A stretch of DNA of 63,253 nt, the filler included, from a bacterium (GTDB lineage Bacteria > JAMORN01), in assembly GCA_027063545.1 (NCBI GenBank). It is 10 parts of 10 records of this genome, joined end to end, with 100 filler letters (N's around TTAATTAATTAA, not from the genome) between each part and the next. Parts side by side here need not be neighbours in the genome. Positions count along the whole stretch, not along the records: positions 1 to 6,668 come from JAMORN010000147.1; positions 6,769 to 13,411 come from JAMORN010000148.1; 8 more parts are not named here. One strand, given 5' to 3'. Made by a program: the position numbers and the translations under genes. Shown here piece after piece: positions 1-11,820 of the stretch (position 1 is the first letter of the stretch; each line of letters opens with the position of its first letter). The notes under the pieces were generated by a model. The model was given only the letters and a program-made list of their open reading frames with translations. It was not told where the DNA came from and did no database searches.

Positions 1-39
1 AGAAAAGGTCGTTTATATGTTGATGTAATACCAGCGTAA
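1..39 (+). CDS. 3' end of a gene, possibly ribosomal protein L27 (partial)
   Basis: Frame 1 reads RKGRLYVDVIPA*, resembling the bL27 C-terminus; only 12 residues visible. Confidence 0.4.
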   Translation, partial: RKGRLYVDVIPA

Positions 40-67
40 TAATAAAAAAAAAAAAAGGAAAAGAAAA

Positions 68-1069
68 ATGGAATTTATAGAAGGTATTAGAAATAAAGCA
101 AAACAAAATCCAAGAAGGGTTGTATATCCTGAGGGGACAGATGAGAGAGTTATAAAAGCGGCTAGATTTGTCTTGGATGAGAAGATAGCTTCTTCGGTAA
201 CTCTCATAGGTAATGAAGATGATGTAAAATCAAAGGCAAAAGAATTGAATATTAATATAGATGATGTAGAGATAGTGGATCCTATTAGTGATAAAGATTG
301 GGATAATTACGTAGAAGTGTTTTATGAGTTGAGAAAACATAAGGGAATGACGATAGAAAAAGCAAAAAAAAGAATACAAAATGAATTATATTATGCAGCA
401 TTAATGTTGAGAGATGGAAGGGTTGATTTATCTGTAGGTGGGGCTGTTAATACAACAGGAGATGTAATAAGAGCAGCAGCTCAAGTATTGGGAATGAAAG
501 AAAATGTGGATGTTATTTCTTCATCGTTTTTTATGGTTGTTCCTGATTTTCTAGGTACAGGGGAAAATAAAGTTTTAGTTTTTGGAGATTGTGCTGTTGT
601 TCCTAATCCCACAAAGGAGCAATTGGCTTCTATTGCTTATTCTTGCGCTAATATGTACAAAAAAGTAATAGGAGATGAACCCAAAGTAGCTATGTTATCA
701 TTTTCTACTAAGGGGAGTGCAGCTCATGAGATGGTTTTTAAAGTTAGGGAAGCTACACAAATTGCAAAAGAAAGATATTCAGATTTAAAAATAGATGGGG
801 AATTACAATTTGATGCAGCAATCATTCCAGAGATTGCTAAAAGAAAAGCTCCAGATTCAGAGGTAGCTGGAGAAGCTAATGTTTTTATTTTTCCAGATTT
901 GAATGCAGGAAATATTGGATATAAGTTAGTAGAGAGACTAGCAAAAGCAAAAGCTATAGGTCCTGTTATGCAAGGGGTAGCTAAACCTTTTATGGATCTT
1001 AGTAGGGGTTGTAGCTGGGAAGATATAGTTAATGTAACTAGTATAGCTTCTTTATTAGTGGAGGAATAG
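68..1069 (+). CDS. pta: phosphate acetyltransferase
   Basis: Motifs VVYPEGTDERV, DGELQFDAA, FPDLNAGNIGYK, DLSRGCS; directly upstream of ackA. Confidence 0.95.
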   Translation: MEFIEGIRNKAKQNPRRVVYPEGTDERVIKAARFVLDEKIASSVTLIGNEDDVKSKAKELNINIDDVEIVDPISDKDWDNYVEVFYELRKHKGMTIEKAKKRIQNELYYAALMLRDGRVDLSVGGAVNTTGDVIRAAAQVLGMKENVDVISSSFFMVVPDFLGTGENKVLVFGDCAVVPNPTKEQLASIAYSCANMYKKVIGDEPKVAMLSFSTKGSAAHEMVFKVREATQIAKERYSDLKIDGELQFDAAIIPEIAKRKAPDSEVAGEANVFIFPDLNAGNIGYKLVERLAKAKAIGPVMQGVAKPFMDLSRGCSWEDIVNVTSIASLLVEE

Positions 1070-1071
1070 AT

Positions 1072-2274
1072 ATGAAGGTATTTGTAATTAATTCAGGAAG
1101 TTCTTCAATAAAATTTCAGTTAATAGATACTCAAACAAGAAATTATATAATAAAAGGTATAGTTGAAAGAATAGGAGAGCATGATTCTTTAATAAGATGG
1201 TCTTTAAAAGAGGGTGGAAGTTATAGAATTGAACAAAAGATAGAGAATCACAAACATGCTTTAGATGAAGTTTTTAAGATATTATTAGATAAAGAAAAGG
1301 GAGCTATCTCCTCTTTAGATGAGATAGATGCTGTAGGCCATAGAGTCGTTCATGGAGGAGAGAAGTTTAAAAGTTCAGTTTTAATAGATAAGGATGTTTT
1401 AAATAGTATTAAGGAATATTCTATTTTAGCACCTTTACACAATCCTGCTAATATAACAGGTATTGAAGCTGCAATGGAATTATTGCCAAATGTTCCTCAG
1501 GTAGCTGTATTTGATACATCTTTTCATGCTAATATGCCAAGACGTGCATATTTATATGCTTTGCCTTATGAATTTTATTCAGAAAAAAAGATAAGAAGAT
1601 ATGGATTCCACGGAACAAGTCATAAATATATAACTGAAAGAGCTATTGAGCTTTTAGGTTTAGATATAAATAACTCTAAATTGATTACTTGCCATCTTGG
1701 GAATGGGGCGTCAATTACAGCTGTTAAAAATGGATATTCTGTAGATACTTCAATGGGTTTAACACCTTTAGAAGGATTAGTTATGGGTACAAGATCTGGA
1801 GATATGGATCCTGCGATAACATTATTTTTGATGGAAACATATGGATATAAGCCTGAAGAGTTAGATAAGATATATAATAAAAAATCAGGACTTCTGGGAT
1901 TATCTGGAATATCAAATGATATGAGAGATATAATGGAAGAAATGGAAAAAGGAAATGAAAGGGCAAAGATAGCTTATGAAGTTTTTATTTATAGAGTTAA
2001 GAAATATATAGGGGCTTATTTAGCGGTATTAAATGGGGCTGATGCAATTATATTTACAGCAGGTATTGGTGAAAATAATGCTCATATAAGAGAAGATATT
2101 TGTAGAAATTTAGAGTTTTTTGGAATAAAGATAGATAAAGAGAAAAACGAGCAAGCTAATGGAAAGGAAGTTATAATATCTACAGATGATTCTAAAGTAA
2201 AGGTTTTAGTTATCCCTACAAATGAGGAGTTAAAAATAGCTTTAGAAACAGAGAATATTGTTGAGAATAGATAA
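1072..2274 (+). CDS. ackA: acetate kinase
   Basis: NSGSSSIKF, GHRVVHGG, APLHNP, RRYGFHGTSH, MGTRSGD, PTNEE. Confidence 0.97.
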   Translation: MKVFVINSGSSSIKFQLIDTQTRNYIIKGIVERIGEHDSLIRWSLKEGGSYRIEQKIENHKHALDEVFKILLDKEKGAISSLDEIDAVGHRVVHGGEKFKSSVLIDKDVLNSIKEYSILAPLHNPANITGIEAAMELLPNVPQVAVFDTSFHANMPRRAYLYALPYEFYSEKKIRRYGFHGTSHKYITERAIELLGLDINNSKLITCHLGNGASITAVKNGYSVDTSMGLTPLEGLVMGTRSGDMDPAITLFLMETYGYKPEELDKIYNKKSGLLGLSGISNDMRDIMEEMEKGNERAKIAYEVFIYRVKKYIGAYLAVLNGADAIIFTAGIGENNAHIREDICRNLEFFGIKIDKEKNEQANGKEVIISTDDSKVKVLVIPTNEELKIALETENIVENR

Positions 2275-2743
2275 TATTTTATATTATATTTTAATTGTTT
2301 TTCTATTTATAGGCTGTTCATATACTTTTTCATTATCTGTATTTGGAGATGTTGAAACTATTTATATACCATTTGTAGATAATAAAACTTCAAGAGAGGA
2401 TATTAGTATTATTGTTTATAATAAATTAATTGAGTATATAAAAAAAAATTATCCTTCTCTTGTAATCTCAAATAATAAAGATAAAAGCGATTTGATCATA
2501 GAGACTATTGTAGAAGAATATTTTAGAGATGTATCTGAGTATACTCAAGAAGGTGATGTTGAAAGATATAAAGTAGTCTTGAAAATAAAATATAAAATAT
2601 ATAAAAAAGGTAAAAAAATATTAAATAAAGAAATAATATCTGAAGGTTATTATACACCTGAAGAAATAGAGCAAAAAGCTATAGAAGAAAGTATTCAACA
2701 ATCATTTAATCGTGTTTTTTCTAGTTTAGAAAATAATTGGTAA
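2258..2743 (+). CDS. LptE-like lipoprotein
   Basis: Hydrophobic N-terminus with lipobox-like FIGC, then TIYIPFVDNKT typical of LptE-family proteins. Confidence 0.6.
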   Translation: MLRIDNILYYILIVFLFIGCSYTFSLSVFGDVETIYIPFVDNKTSREDISIIVYNKLIEYIKKNYPSLVISNNKDKSDLIIETIVEEYFRDVSEYTQEGDVERYKVVLKIKYKIYKKGKKILNKEIISEGYYTPEEIEQKAIEESIQQSFNRVFSSLENNW

Positions 2744-2751
2744 AAAAAAAT

Positions 2752-3116
2752 CAGGGCTGGCAATAAGCCGGATTCTGTATTTAGGGAGTCATCTATCTAG
2801 GGCTATTGTTGCCAATAGCCTCAAGCGACCTACCCGGGCATCAAGCGAGGCGGGCACCTCATCTGCCCCTATTTGGTCTTGCTTCACCCAGGGTTTACCC
2901 TGCCTTCCTCTGTTACCAGAGGAAGCGGTGGGCTCTTACCCCACCTTTTCACCCTTACCTGTGAGCTAATGCTCCATCGGCGGTCTCTTTTCTGTGGCAC
3001 TTTCCCAGAGGTTACCCTCTGGCGGATGTTATCCGCTGGGCTGCCCTATGAAGTCCGGACTTTCCTCTCAGGGTACCTATATAAAAGATACCCTGAGCGA
3101 CTCCCTGCCAGCCCTG
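2752..3116 (-). ncRNA. rnpB: RNase P RNA (bacterial type A)
   Basis: Minus strand contains GAGGAAAGTCCGGAC, GAAAGTGCCACAGAAA and ACAGAATCCGGCTTA; ends CAGGGCTGGCA...TGCCAGCCCTG form P1. Confidence 0.97.
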
Positions 3117-3135
3117 TATATTTTCCTAATAGGTT

Positions 3136-4614
<1,479 letters not shown>

Positions 4615-5352
4615 TTATTCTTTAAATTTTTCAGAAACTAATATTACTCCACAACCTTCACAGAAAAGAATCTCATTTCCTTTATGAACATTATATAAAT
4701 GTTGAATAGGAAGAACAGTAAAACAATTACTACAATGATTACTACCTTCAGAAATAAAACCAATTACAATCCCATCTTTTTTTTGTTTATATGTTGATTC
4801 ATATATTCTAGCAAATTCTATTTCTGTTTCCTTTAATTCTTCTAATAATTTTTCTCTTTCTTCTTTTTTCTTTTCTATTAATACTTCTATTTCATCTAAA
4901 CTTTTTTGTTTTTCTTCAATCTGCGGAAGAACTTTTGCCTTCTCTTCTTCAATTTCTTTCTCTAACTCTTCTTTTTCTTTCAATTTATTTTCAATTTTTT
5001 CATTTAATTTCTTTAAATGATTGTTTAGAGTTTTTTTCATTGTTCTATAATTATCTATTTCTGTAAAAACAAGGTCATATTCATCATTTGTTGTAATTTT
5101 AGAAACTTTTTCTTCTGCTTTTTTAAGATTTTCTTCGGTATTTTCAATCTTTTTTAAAGTTTCTTCCCTTTCATTTTCTAATTTTGCCAATTCTGAATTT
5201 AAACTTTCAAGCAAAGCATTTAACTCATTTAATCTTTTTTGTAGTTCTTCAATTTCTTTAGGATAGATTTTCTTTTTTTCCTTTAAATCTTTTATTTCTA
5301 AATCTATTTTACCTATTTTATAAAGTAATTTAAACCCTTCTTTTTTACTCAT
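4615..5352 (-). CDS. coiled-coil protein with C-terminal C4 zinc ribbon (DUF164/CT398/FlgZ-like)
   Basis: Long Lys/Glu coiled coil followed by CSNC...CEGC; start moved to ATG at 5352 (MSKKEG), which has GGAG upstream. Confidence 0.8.
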   Translation of the reverse strand: MSKKEGFKLLYKIGKIDLEIKDLKEKKKIYPKEIEELQKRLNELNALLESLNSELAKLENEREETLKKIENTEENLKKAEEKVSKITTNDEYDLVFTEIDNYRTMKKTLNNHLKKLNEKIENKLKEKEELEKEIEEEKAKVLPQIEEKQKSLDEIEVLIEKKKEEREKLLEELKETEIEFARIYESTYKQKKDGIVIGFISEGSNHCSNCFTVLPIQHLYNVHKGNEILFCEGCGVILVSEKFKE

Positions 5353-5399
5353 ACTAAAACTCCATTTTACTTTTAATTTGTTTATAAAATAAAAAAAAT

Positions 5400-5434
5400 A
5401 AAAGAGCAGAAACAAAATCCCTTTCTGCTCTTTT
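5400..5434 (-). terminator. intrinsic terminator-like hairpin downstream of tRNA(CAT)
   Basis: Inverted repeat AAAAGAGCAGAAA / TTTCTGCTCTTTT followed by a T-rich tract on the minus strand. Confidence 0.6.
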
Positions 5435-5486
5435 ATACCCTATCCTCTATAACCTTAAAGTCCTATATTTAAAAAAATTTAAAAAA

Positions 5487-5560
5487 TGGGCCTGCAGGGA
5501 CTTGAACCCCGGACCCGCGGATTATGAGTCCACTGCTCTAACCACCTGAGCTACAGGCCC
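5487..5560 (-). tRNA. tRNA with CAT anticodon, probably tRNA-Ile2 (lysidine)
   Basis: GGGCCTGTAGCTCAGGTGGTTAGAGCA-GTGGA-CTCATAA-TCCGC...GGTTCAAGTCC...CAGGCCCA; lacks fMet signatures; GGGCCT acceptor resembles Ile2, but elongator Met is not excluded. Confidence 0.9.
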
Positions 5561-5584
5561 ATTTATTTAAACTTGTCTAGTACA

Positions 5585-5613
5585 AAAATAATAATTTATA
5601 TTATAATAGTCAA
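5585..5613 (-). promoter_or_regulatory. sigma70-type promoter for tRNA(CAT)
   Basis: TTGACT-N17-TATTTT ending 24 nt upstream of the tRNA. Confidence 0.55.
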
Positions 5614-5647
5614 ATATTAATTTTAACTTTTGAAAAGAGAGCGTTTT

Positions 5648-6460
5648 ATGAGTAATAAAAAAATTTCCATAATAATACCTGTTTATAATGGAAAGATGTT
5701 TATAAAAATTCTTTTAGATAGTATTCTAGAGAATGTTAAATACCCTAATTATGAAGTTATTGTAGTAGATGATTTTTCATATGAAAATATGGATGAGGTA
5801 TATAATTTATATAAAGACAATTCAAAAATTAAAATAATATACAATAGGCAAAATTTAGGTTTTGCTAAAAGTAATAATGTAGCAGTTTCATATTCATCTG
5901 GAGAATACTTATATTTTACAAATTCAGATACAATAATATTAGAAAATACTATAGAGAATATAATCTTTTCTTATGAAAATAGAATTCAATTATATGGTAT
6001 AGAGAATATTGGAGCTATCCAGTCTAAGATAATAAAACCAACAGAAAATAATAATTATGTAATTCAAACAATAGGGGCTATCATTGATAGAGAGAAAGGA
6101 TTACCTAAATATTTCTTTCCTAATATATCAATAGATGATAGCAGAGCCAATAGAAGAATGATTATTGAATTATTTATGGGTTGTGGTTTCTTTATGCCAA
6201 GGGACATTTGGAATGAACTGGAAGGTTTTGATGAAAATTTTGGTAAATACTATTTAGAAGACACTGATTTAGCCTTAAGATTAAGAGAAGCTGGATATTT
6301 AATCGGATATGAACCAACATCTGTTATAGTACATTTTCATGGTGTATCAACAACAGCATATGTAAAAGATCAAAAGGAATTTGATTATAATTATCAAAAA
6401 AGTTTAAACTATTTTTTTAATAAATGGCCTAAGGATAAAATATTAAAGGTATTAAAATAA
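5648..6460 (+). CDS. glycosyltransferase family 2
   Basis: SIIIPVYN, IVVDDFS, NLGFAKSNN, FTNSD, YLEDTDLALR; ATG at 5648. Confidence 0.88.
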   Translation: MSNKKISIIIPVYNGKMFIKILLDSILENVKYPNYEVIVVDDFSYENMDEVYNLYKDNSKIKIIYNRQNLGFAKSNNVAVSYSSGEYLYFTNSDTIILENTIENIIFSYENRIQLYGIENIGAIQSKIIKPTENNNYVIQTIGAIIDREKGLPKYFFPNISIDDSRANRRMIIELFMGCGFFMPRDIWNELEGFDENFGKYYLEDTDLALRLREAGYLIGYEPTSVIVHFHGVSTTAYVKDQKEFDYNYQKSLNYFFNKWPKDKILKVLK

Positions 6461-6668
6461 TGAAAATAAAATTAGCAATCACTGGATATCCTGGTGTAGG
6501 GAAATCAACTTTTAGTAAGTTTTTGTCTTTTTATTTAAATAACTCTTGTTTAGTTGAGGCAGATAAAATAGGTTATATCTTACTTGAGGACCAAAAAGTA
6601 ATAGAGTTTATAGAAGATTATTGTCCAGAGGCTTTAAAAGATGGGAATGTAGATAGAAAAATTTTAGG
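6460..6668 (+). CDS. coaE: dephospho-CoA kinase (partial, contig end)
   Basis: ITGYPGVGKST P-loop, EADKIG, VDRKIL. Confidence 0.8.
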
Positions 6669-6768
6669 NNNNNNNNNNNNNNNNNNNNNNNNNNNNNNNN
6701 NNNNNNNNNNNNTTAATTAATTAANNNNNNNNNNNNNNNNNNNNNNNNNNNNNNNNNNNNNNNNNNNN
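6669..6768. other. artificial contig linker (first of nine: also 13412-13511, 20088-20187, 26713-26812, 33235-33334, 39752-39851, 46244-46343, 52724-52823, 59204-59303)
   Basis: Identical N44-TTAATTAATTAA-N44 blocks with stops in all six frames; genes are truncated at the edges. Confidence 0.99.
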
Positions 6769-7067
6769 AGCTTATATATTTCTTCAAACTTTTTTTTACC
6801 ATATATAAAAGCTGTATATGTAGATATACCTATTTGTAATCCTTGCATTATAGCAATTAGAAAAAAAATTAAAGGATATACTACACCAATTCCAGAAATA
6901 TAATAAGGTTCGTTTTTGTTAATTAGGGAAACAAAATAGGTATCAACAATATTATATAAAAATTGAAATAAAAGTCCCCATAATACAGGAACAGATTTTT
7001 TTATAATTAAAGGATATACTTCTCCTTCATAAATTTCTATGTCTTCTACAAATTCATTCTTTGCCAT
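6769..7067 (-). CDS. MATE family efflux transporter (N-terminal part)
   Basis: KSVP..LFQFLYNIVDTYFVS, typical MATE TM1; truncated by linker. Confidence 0.85.
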
Positions 7068-7132
7068 ATAAACACCTTTTAAATTTAAGTTAATCTTAGA
7101 AAATAAAAAATTAAAGTATAGAATTAAAAAGT

Positions 7133-7161
7133 TTGAATTTTTTTGTAATAAAAATTATTTT
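7133..7161 (+). promoter_or_regulatory. sigma70-type promoter for ferredoxin-ffs
   Basis: TTGAAT-N17-TATTTT. Confidence 0.5.
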
Positions 7162-7215
7162 AAAAAAACTTAGGAAACAAAAACATTAACCAATAACATA
7201 AAAGGAGGGCTAAAG

Positions 7216-7389
7216 ATGGCTCATGTAATATCTGATGAATGTATATCTTGTGGAGCATGCCAAAGTGTATGTCCAACAGAAGCAATTAGTCCAGGTGATA
7301 CAAAATATGAAATCGATCCTGAAAAATGTATTGATTGTGGTGCTTGTGTAGATGTTTGTCCAGTAGGTGCTATTAGCCCAGGAGAATAA
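7216..7389 (+). CDS. 2[4Fe-4S] clostridial-type ferredoxin, 57 aa (missing from ORF track)
   Basis: MAHVISDECISCGACQSVCPTEAI...KCIDCGACVDVCPVGAISPGE*; two CxxCxxCxxxCP motifs; AAGGAGG RBS. Confidence 0.97.
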   Translation: MAHVISDECISCGACQSVCPTEAISPGDTKYEIDPEKCIDCGACVDVCPVGAISPGE

Positions 7390-7402
7390 TTAATTTTATA
7401 TT

Positions 7403-7493
7403 TGGGGGCCATGGTAGTGGTAGCGGCATGAACCCCGCCAGGCCCGAAAGGGAGCAACGGTAAGTGTGCGCGCCACGTACCATGGTTACCCCA
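7403..7493 (+). ncRNA. ffs: signal recognition particle RNA (small bacterial type)
   Basis: Helix 8 motif AACCCCGCCAGGCCC-GAAA-GGGAGCAACGG within a long hairpin (TGGGGGCCATGGTA...TACCATGGTTACCCCA). Confidence 0.93.
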
Positions 7494-7533
7494 TTTGTTT
7501 GTAAAAGGAGGAAGATGCGGGGATTAGATATAA

Positions 7534-8502
7534 GTGAAGAAAGTTTCAACATTTTTTCTCAAGTTTATTTTTTTAATACTTCTTCTATACTTAATTTTGA
7601 GAAAAGTAGATACTAATAGAATTTATGATGAATTTAAACATATTAATTTAATTTATTTTATAATTTCAGCCTTTTTCTATTTTATTTCTACATTTACAGC
7701 AGCGTTCCAATGGAGATATTTATTAAAAATACAAAATATAAAAATTTCTTATCCTGAAGTTTTAGAGTTTACTTATATGGGATTATTTTTTAATTCATTT
7801 CTTCCATCTTCTACTGGAGGAGATGTTTATAAAGTATATAAAGCAGGAAAAAAAACATCAAATTGGGGTAGAATATTATCAGCTACTTTTTTAGATAGAG
7901 TATATGGGTTTATAGTATTAATCTTAATAGGATTATTTGGAACAATTATATCATTTTCATATCTGGTAGATAAAAAATTGATAGTATTTATCTCCCTAAT
8001 TGCTTTTTTATTTTTTATGATAATAACTCTTCTTATAGTGATTTCTGAAAAGGTATTTTTAATTACTACATATATACTTGAAAAGTTTAGATTAGATAAT
8101 TTAATCCCGATATTGAAGAATTTTAGATTATATACTATTTTTACAATTAAACAGAAAAAAATTTTAATAATATTTTTTATAAGTTTTTTAACACAAATGT
8201 TAAGAATTATATCAAATTACTATGCTGCAAAAAGTTTAAATGTAGATATACCTTTTGTTTTATTTTTAAGTTTTATCCCTATTATAGGAACTGCTGTTGC
8301 TATACCAATTAGTTTTGGAGGAGTTGGAGTAAGAGAGTATCTTTCTATGGAACTTTTTGGCAACTTTACTACTTTAGAGAAGGCAATTTTAATGCAAACA
8401 TTGGCATATTTAGGAACTTTAATTGTAAATTCTTTAGGAATTTTTGTACTTATATATGATTGGTTTTTTAAGAGAGAAAAGTTGGAGATAGAAAATGGTT
8501 GA
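7534..8502 (+). CDS. lysylphosphatidylglycerol synthase TM / UPF0104 flippase-like protein
   Basis: Multi-TM; GLFFNSFLPSSTGGD, FLDRVYG, PISFGGVGVRE. Confidence 0.85.
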   Translation: MKKVSTFFLKFIFLILLLYLILRKVDTNRIYDEFKHINLIYFIISAFFYFISTFTAAFQWRYLLKIQNIKISYPEVLEFTYMGLFFNSFLPSSTGGDVYKVYKAGKKTSNWGRILSATFLDRVYGFIVLILIGLFGTIISFSYLVDKKLIVFISLIAFLFFMIITLLIVISEKVFLITTYILEKFRLDNLIPILKNFRLYTIFTIKQKKILIIFFISFLTQMLRIISNYYAAKSLNVDIPFVLFLSFIPIIGTAVAIPISFGGVGVREYLSMELFGNFTTLEKAILMQTLAYLGTLIVNSLGIFVLIYDWFFKREKLEIENG

Positions 8503-9442
8503 TAAAAAGCAAATAAATGTAAGTTTTGTTATACCTGTTTATAATGAAGAAGAAAGTCTTGAAGAGCTTTTAGATAAAATAAAAAAAGTAGCAGACGAGC
8601 ACTTTAATAAATATGAAATAATAGTTGTAGATGATGGTTCAACAGATAATACATGGAATGTTTTAAAAAAATTAAAAAGAGAGTTGTATCCGAATATTTT
8701 AAAAATATATAGATTTAGAAGAAATTTTGGTAAGGCAGCAGCCCTTTCTTTAGGATTTAAAAAAACAAATTACGATTTTGTTGCTACTTTGGATGGAGAC
8801 TTACAAGATGATCCAGAAGAAATACCTTCAATGATTGATATTATTTTAGAAAAAGACTATGATTTAGTTTCTGGGTGGAAAAAGGTAAGACATGACCCTA
8901 TTAGTAAAACATTACCATCTAAGATTTTTAATTTTGTGGTATCAATTGTAAGTGGTATAAGACTTCATGATTTTAATTGTGGGTTAAAGGTTTATAGAAA
9001 AGAGGTTGTTAAAGAGATAAAAATATATGGAGAACTACATAGATATATTCCTGTTTTAGCTCATTGGTCAGGTTTTAAAGTTACGGAAAAAGTAGTAAAA
9101 CATCATCCTCGTAAGTATGGAAGAAGCAAATATGGTTTTTCTAGATTTATTCATGGATTTTTAGATCTATTAACTGTTATTTTTCTTCATAAATACATAA
9201 AAAAGCCTTTACATTTATTTGGAACTATAGGAGTTTTATTTTTAATTATAGGTGGTATTATTGATGCTTACTTTTTAGGAGTATGGCTATTAACTAGAAC
9301 TCTTAGGGTTAGACCTCTTATGTTGTTAGGAATATTTTCAATTATAGTGGGAATACAATTTATTTCATTGGGACTTTTAGGAGAGCTAATTACAATAACA
9401 AACAGAGAAGAGGAATATAAGATAAAGGAGTATGAAGAATGA
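8495..9442 (+). CDS. GT2 polyprenyl-phosphate glycosyltransferase (ArnC/GtrB-like)
   Basis: PVYNEEE, VDDGSTD, RNFGKAAAL, LDGDLQDDP, HDFNCGLK; two C-terminal TMs. Confidence 0.9.
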   Translation: MVDKKQINVSFVIPVYNEEESLEELLDKIKKVADEHFNKYEIIVVDDGSTDNTWNVLKKLKRELYPNILKIYRFRRNFGKAAALSLGFKKTNYDFVATLDGDLQDDPEEIPSMIDIILEKDYDLVSGWKKVRHDPISKTLPSKIFNFVVSIVSGIRLHDFNCGLKVYRKEVVKEIKIYGELHRYIPVLAHWSGFKVTEKVVKHHPRKYGRSKYGFSRFIHGFLDLLTVIFLHKYIKKPLHLFGTIGVLFLIIGGIIDAYFLGVWLLTRTLRVRPLMLLGIFSIIVGIQFISLGLLGELITITNREEEYKIKEYEE

Positions 9443-11820
9443 ATAAGAAATTGTTGTTTATTTTTTTAATCTTTTTTTTAGGAATAGGAATAATATACAA
9501 AGATTACCTCTTTTTAGGTAAAGAGTTTCTACCTCAAGATCTTTTAACTCAGGGGCTTCCAATTTCTAAATTCGTAGAGAGAAATAAAAATGGATTATTA
9601 GATTATCCATTATGGTATAATGATATATTTAGTGGTATGCCTCTTCATGCTAGTGGAAGTTATCATATAATGTTTAACTTAGAAAAGTTTTTTAGACTAT
9701 TTATACCTGAGAATATATTTTATGCTTTAAATGGCCGTTTTACGCTTCATTTACTTTTAGGATTTACTTTTATGCTTATATTTCTTTACTATTCTCTAGG
9801 ATTATCTTTAGTTTCTTCTACAATAGGAGCCTTTTCTTACATTTTTACATCTCATATAATAGGAACAGAGCATGTTAATAGAATATCTTGTTTTATCTAT
9901 ATTCCCTTGGTTTTTATGGGAGTATATGAAGTTTTTTCTAAAAATAAAAATAGACAGATTTTAGGTTTTTTTCTTTTAGCATTAGGATTAGGCTTTCAAT
10001 TTAATAGTTATCATCCTCAAATTACATATTATACTTTATTATTAATAGGTTTTTATTTTCTTTGGAAAATTATATTTGATTGGAAGGATAATAAAACTAT
10101 AAATAAATTAGCATTAGTTTTGGGAGTTTCTGCGATTATATTAGGATTTTTAATGGGACTTTTAGGATTTTGGCCTTTATATGAGTATGCTCCTTATTCT
10201 GTAAGAGGAAGTGGTTTAACTGGACATGATAAATATATGTGGATAACCAATTGGAGCTTTTCACCAAAGTCTGTTTTAGATTTTATACTTCCTTATTTTG
10301 AGGGATTTTCTATAAGAACACCGGTTAATTATAATGGCACAACTCAACTTTTACCAACCTATTGGGGAAATATGCCTTTTACTGATTATCCTCATTATTT
10401 AGGGGTAGTAACTTTATTTTTGGCATTTGTTGGATTAAAAAATATTAAAAGAAATAGATTTATTCAGTTTTTAGTATTTATGTTTATTTTAACTTTATTT
10501 TTATCATTTGGAAGGGATTTCCCTTTAGTTTATAATATTTTTTATAATCTAATTCCAGGATTTGATAAGTTTAGAGGTCCTGCGATGATTCTTATAATTC
10601 TAGAATTTGTAGTTGCTATTTTGGCAGCAATGGGAAGTGAACTTCTTATAGAGGATGAGGAATATAGAGAGTATATATATAGAAAGTTTAAATATATAAG
10701 CTTAGCATTTTTAGGACTAGTTATTTTAATAGTAATATTTAATAGTGCTTTTAAGGATTTTATGTATTCATTATATAACGCTTCAGGTAAAGGACATCCT
10801 GTATTAAATGAAATAAGATTTAATCTTCTTATGAATGATATTTACAGATTTTTGGGAATATTAGGATTAATATACTTTGTTGTTTTTATATATAAAAATA
10901 ATGTAATTAATAAATCAATTTTTGGATTTTTAATGATGATTTTAGTTTTTGGCGATTTAGTTTATATAGATTCTAAATTAGTTCATGGGCAATATCCTAA
11001 AGGATATAAAGAACTCTATTATCAAAAATTCTATGAAAAACAAAAGGATATTATTGATTATCTATTAAAAGACAAAGAAAAATTTAGGATATTAACACTT
11101 GATAATTTAAGTGAAACAAGATATGGATATTTTGGGATAGAAAATGTTGCAGGTTATCACGCTGCTAAACTAGCTTTATATGATAAAATATGGAGAAGTA
11201 AAATATTATTAAATCCTGGTGTTTTTAATATGTTAAATGTAAAATATATAATAACTCAGCAAGATTTATCATCCCTGGATTTTTTACAACTTATTAAACA
11301 AGATGGGAAAATAAAACTTTACTTAAATAAAAATTACTTAAAAAGGGTGTTTTTTGTAGATCATTATAATATAATTAAAGATGATAATAAAGCCTTAAAT
11401 ATAATATCAAAGGTGAGTTTTGATCCTATTAGAGAATTTTTCTTTGATGAAGATATAAAAAGTCCATTATCAAATTTAGGAAAAGATAATATAGAATATA
11501 AAATCATAGAATATTCTCCAGATTTAATTAAAGTTAAAGTAAAAACCCCAAATAATACTATTATGGTATTTAGTGAAGTATACTATCCTTTATGGAAGTG
11601 CTTTGTGGATGGGAAAGAGACAAAAATATATAGGGCAAACTACTTATTGAGAAGTATATTTTTACCTAAAGGAGAGCATGAGATTATAATGAAATATCAT
11701 CCAAAAAGCTTTTATATTAGTCTATACATAACTATTTTTATAATGGCTATTCTTGTATTAGGATTTATAGGCTATTTAATATATATTTATAAACAAAAAG
11801 AGGTAGGAAATGATAAATAA
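9439..11820 (+). CDS. YfhO-family GT-C membrane glycosyltransferase
   Basis: PLWYNDIFSGMP, many TMs, FDKFRGP, GYHAAKL, SEVYYPLW...RANYLLR. Confidence 0.85.
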   Translation: MNKKLLFIFLIFFLGIGIIYKDYLFLGKEFLPQDLLTQGLPISKFVERNKNGLLDYPLWYNDIFSGMPLHASGSYHIMFNLEKFFRLFIPENIFYALNGRFTLHLLLGFTFMLIFLYYSLGLSLVSSTIGAFSYIFTSHIIGTEHVNRISCFIYIPLVFMGVYEVFSKNKNRQILGFFLLALGLGFQFNSYHPQITYYTLLLIGFYFLWKIIFDWKDNKTINKLALVLGVSAIILGFLMGLLGFWPLYEYAPYSVRGSGLTGHDKYMWITNWSFSPKSVLDFILPYFEGFSIRTPVNYNGTTQLLPTYWGNMPFTDYPHYLGVVTLFLAFVGLKNIKRNRFIQFLVFMFILTLFLSFGRDFPLVYNIFYNLIPGFDKFRGPAMILIILEFVVAILAAMGSELLIEDEEYREYIYRKFKYISLAFLGLVILIVIFNSAFKDFMYSLYNASGKGHPVLNEIRFNLLMNDIYRFLGILGLIYFVVFIYKNNVINKSIFGFLMMILVFGDLVYIDSKLVHGQYPKGYKELYYQKFYEKQKDIIDYLLKDKEKFRILTLDNLSETRYGYFGIENVAGYHAAKLALYDKIWRSKILLNPGVFNMLNVKYIITQQDLSSLDFLQLIKQDGKIKLYLNKNYLKRVFFVDHYNIIKDDNKALNIISKVSFDPIREFFFDEDIKSPLSNLGKDNIEYKIIEYSPDLIKVKVKTPNNTIMVFSEVYYPLWKCFVDGKETKIYRANYLLRSIFLPKGEHEIIMKYHPKSFYISLYITIFIMAILVLGFIGYLIYIYKQKEVGNDK

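Noticed and set aside
5400..5460. 6S RNA or other ncRNA upstream of the Zn-ribbon gene
   Set aside because: Only a single short hairpin with a T-tract; fits a terminator
7221..7457. 78-aa minus-strand ORF
   Set aside because: Antisense to the ferredoxin gene and SRP RNA
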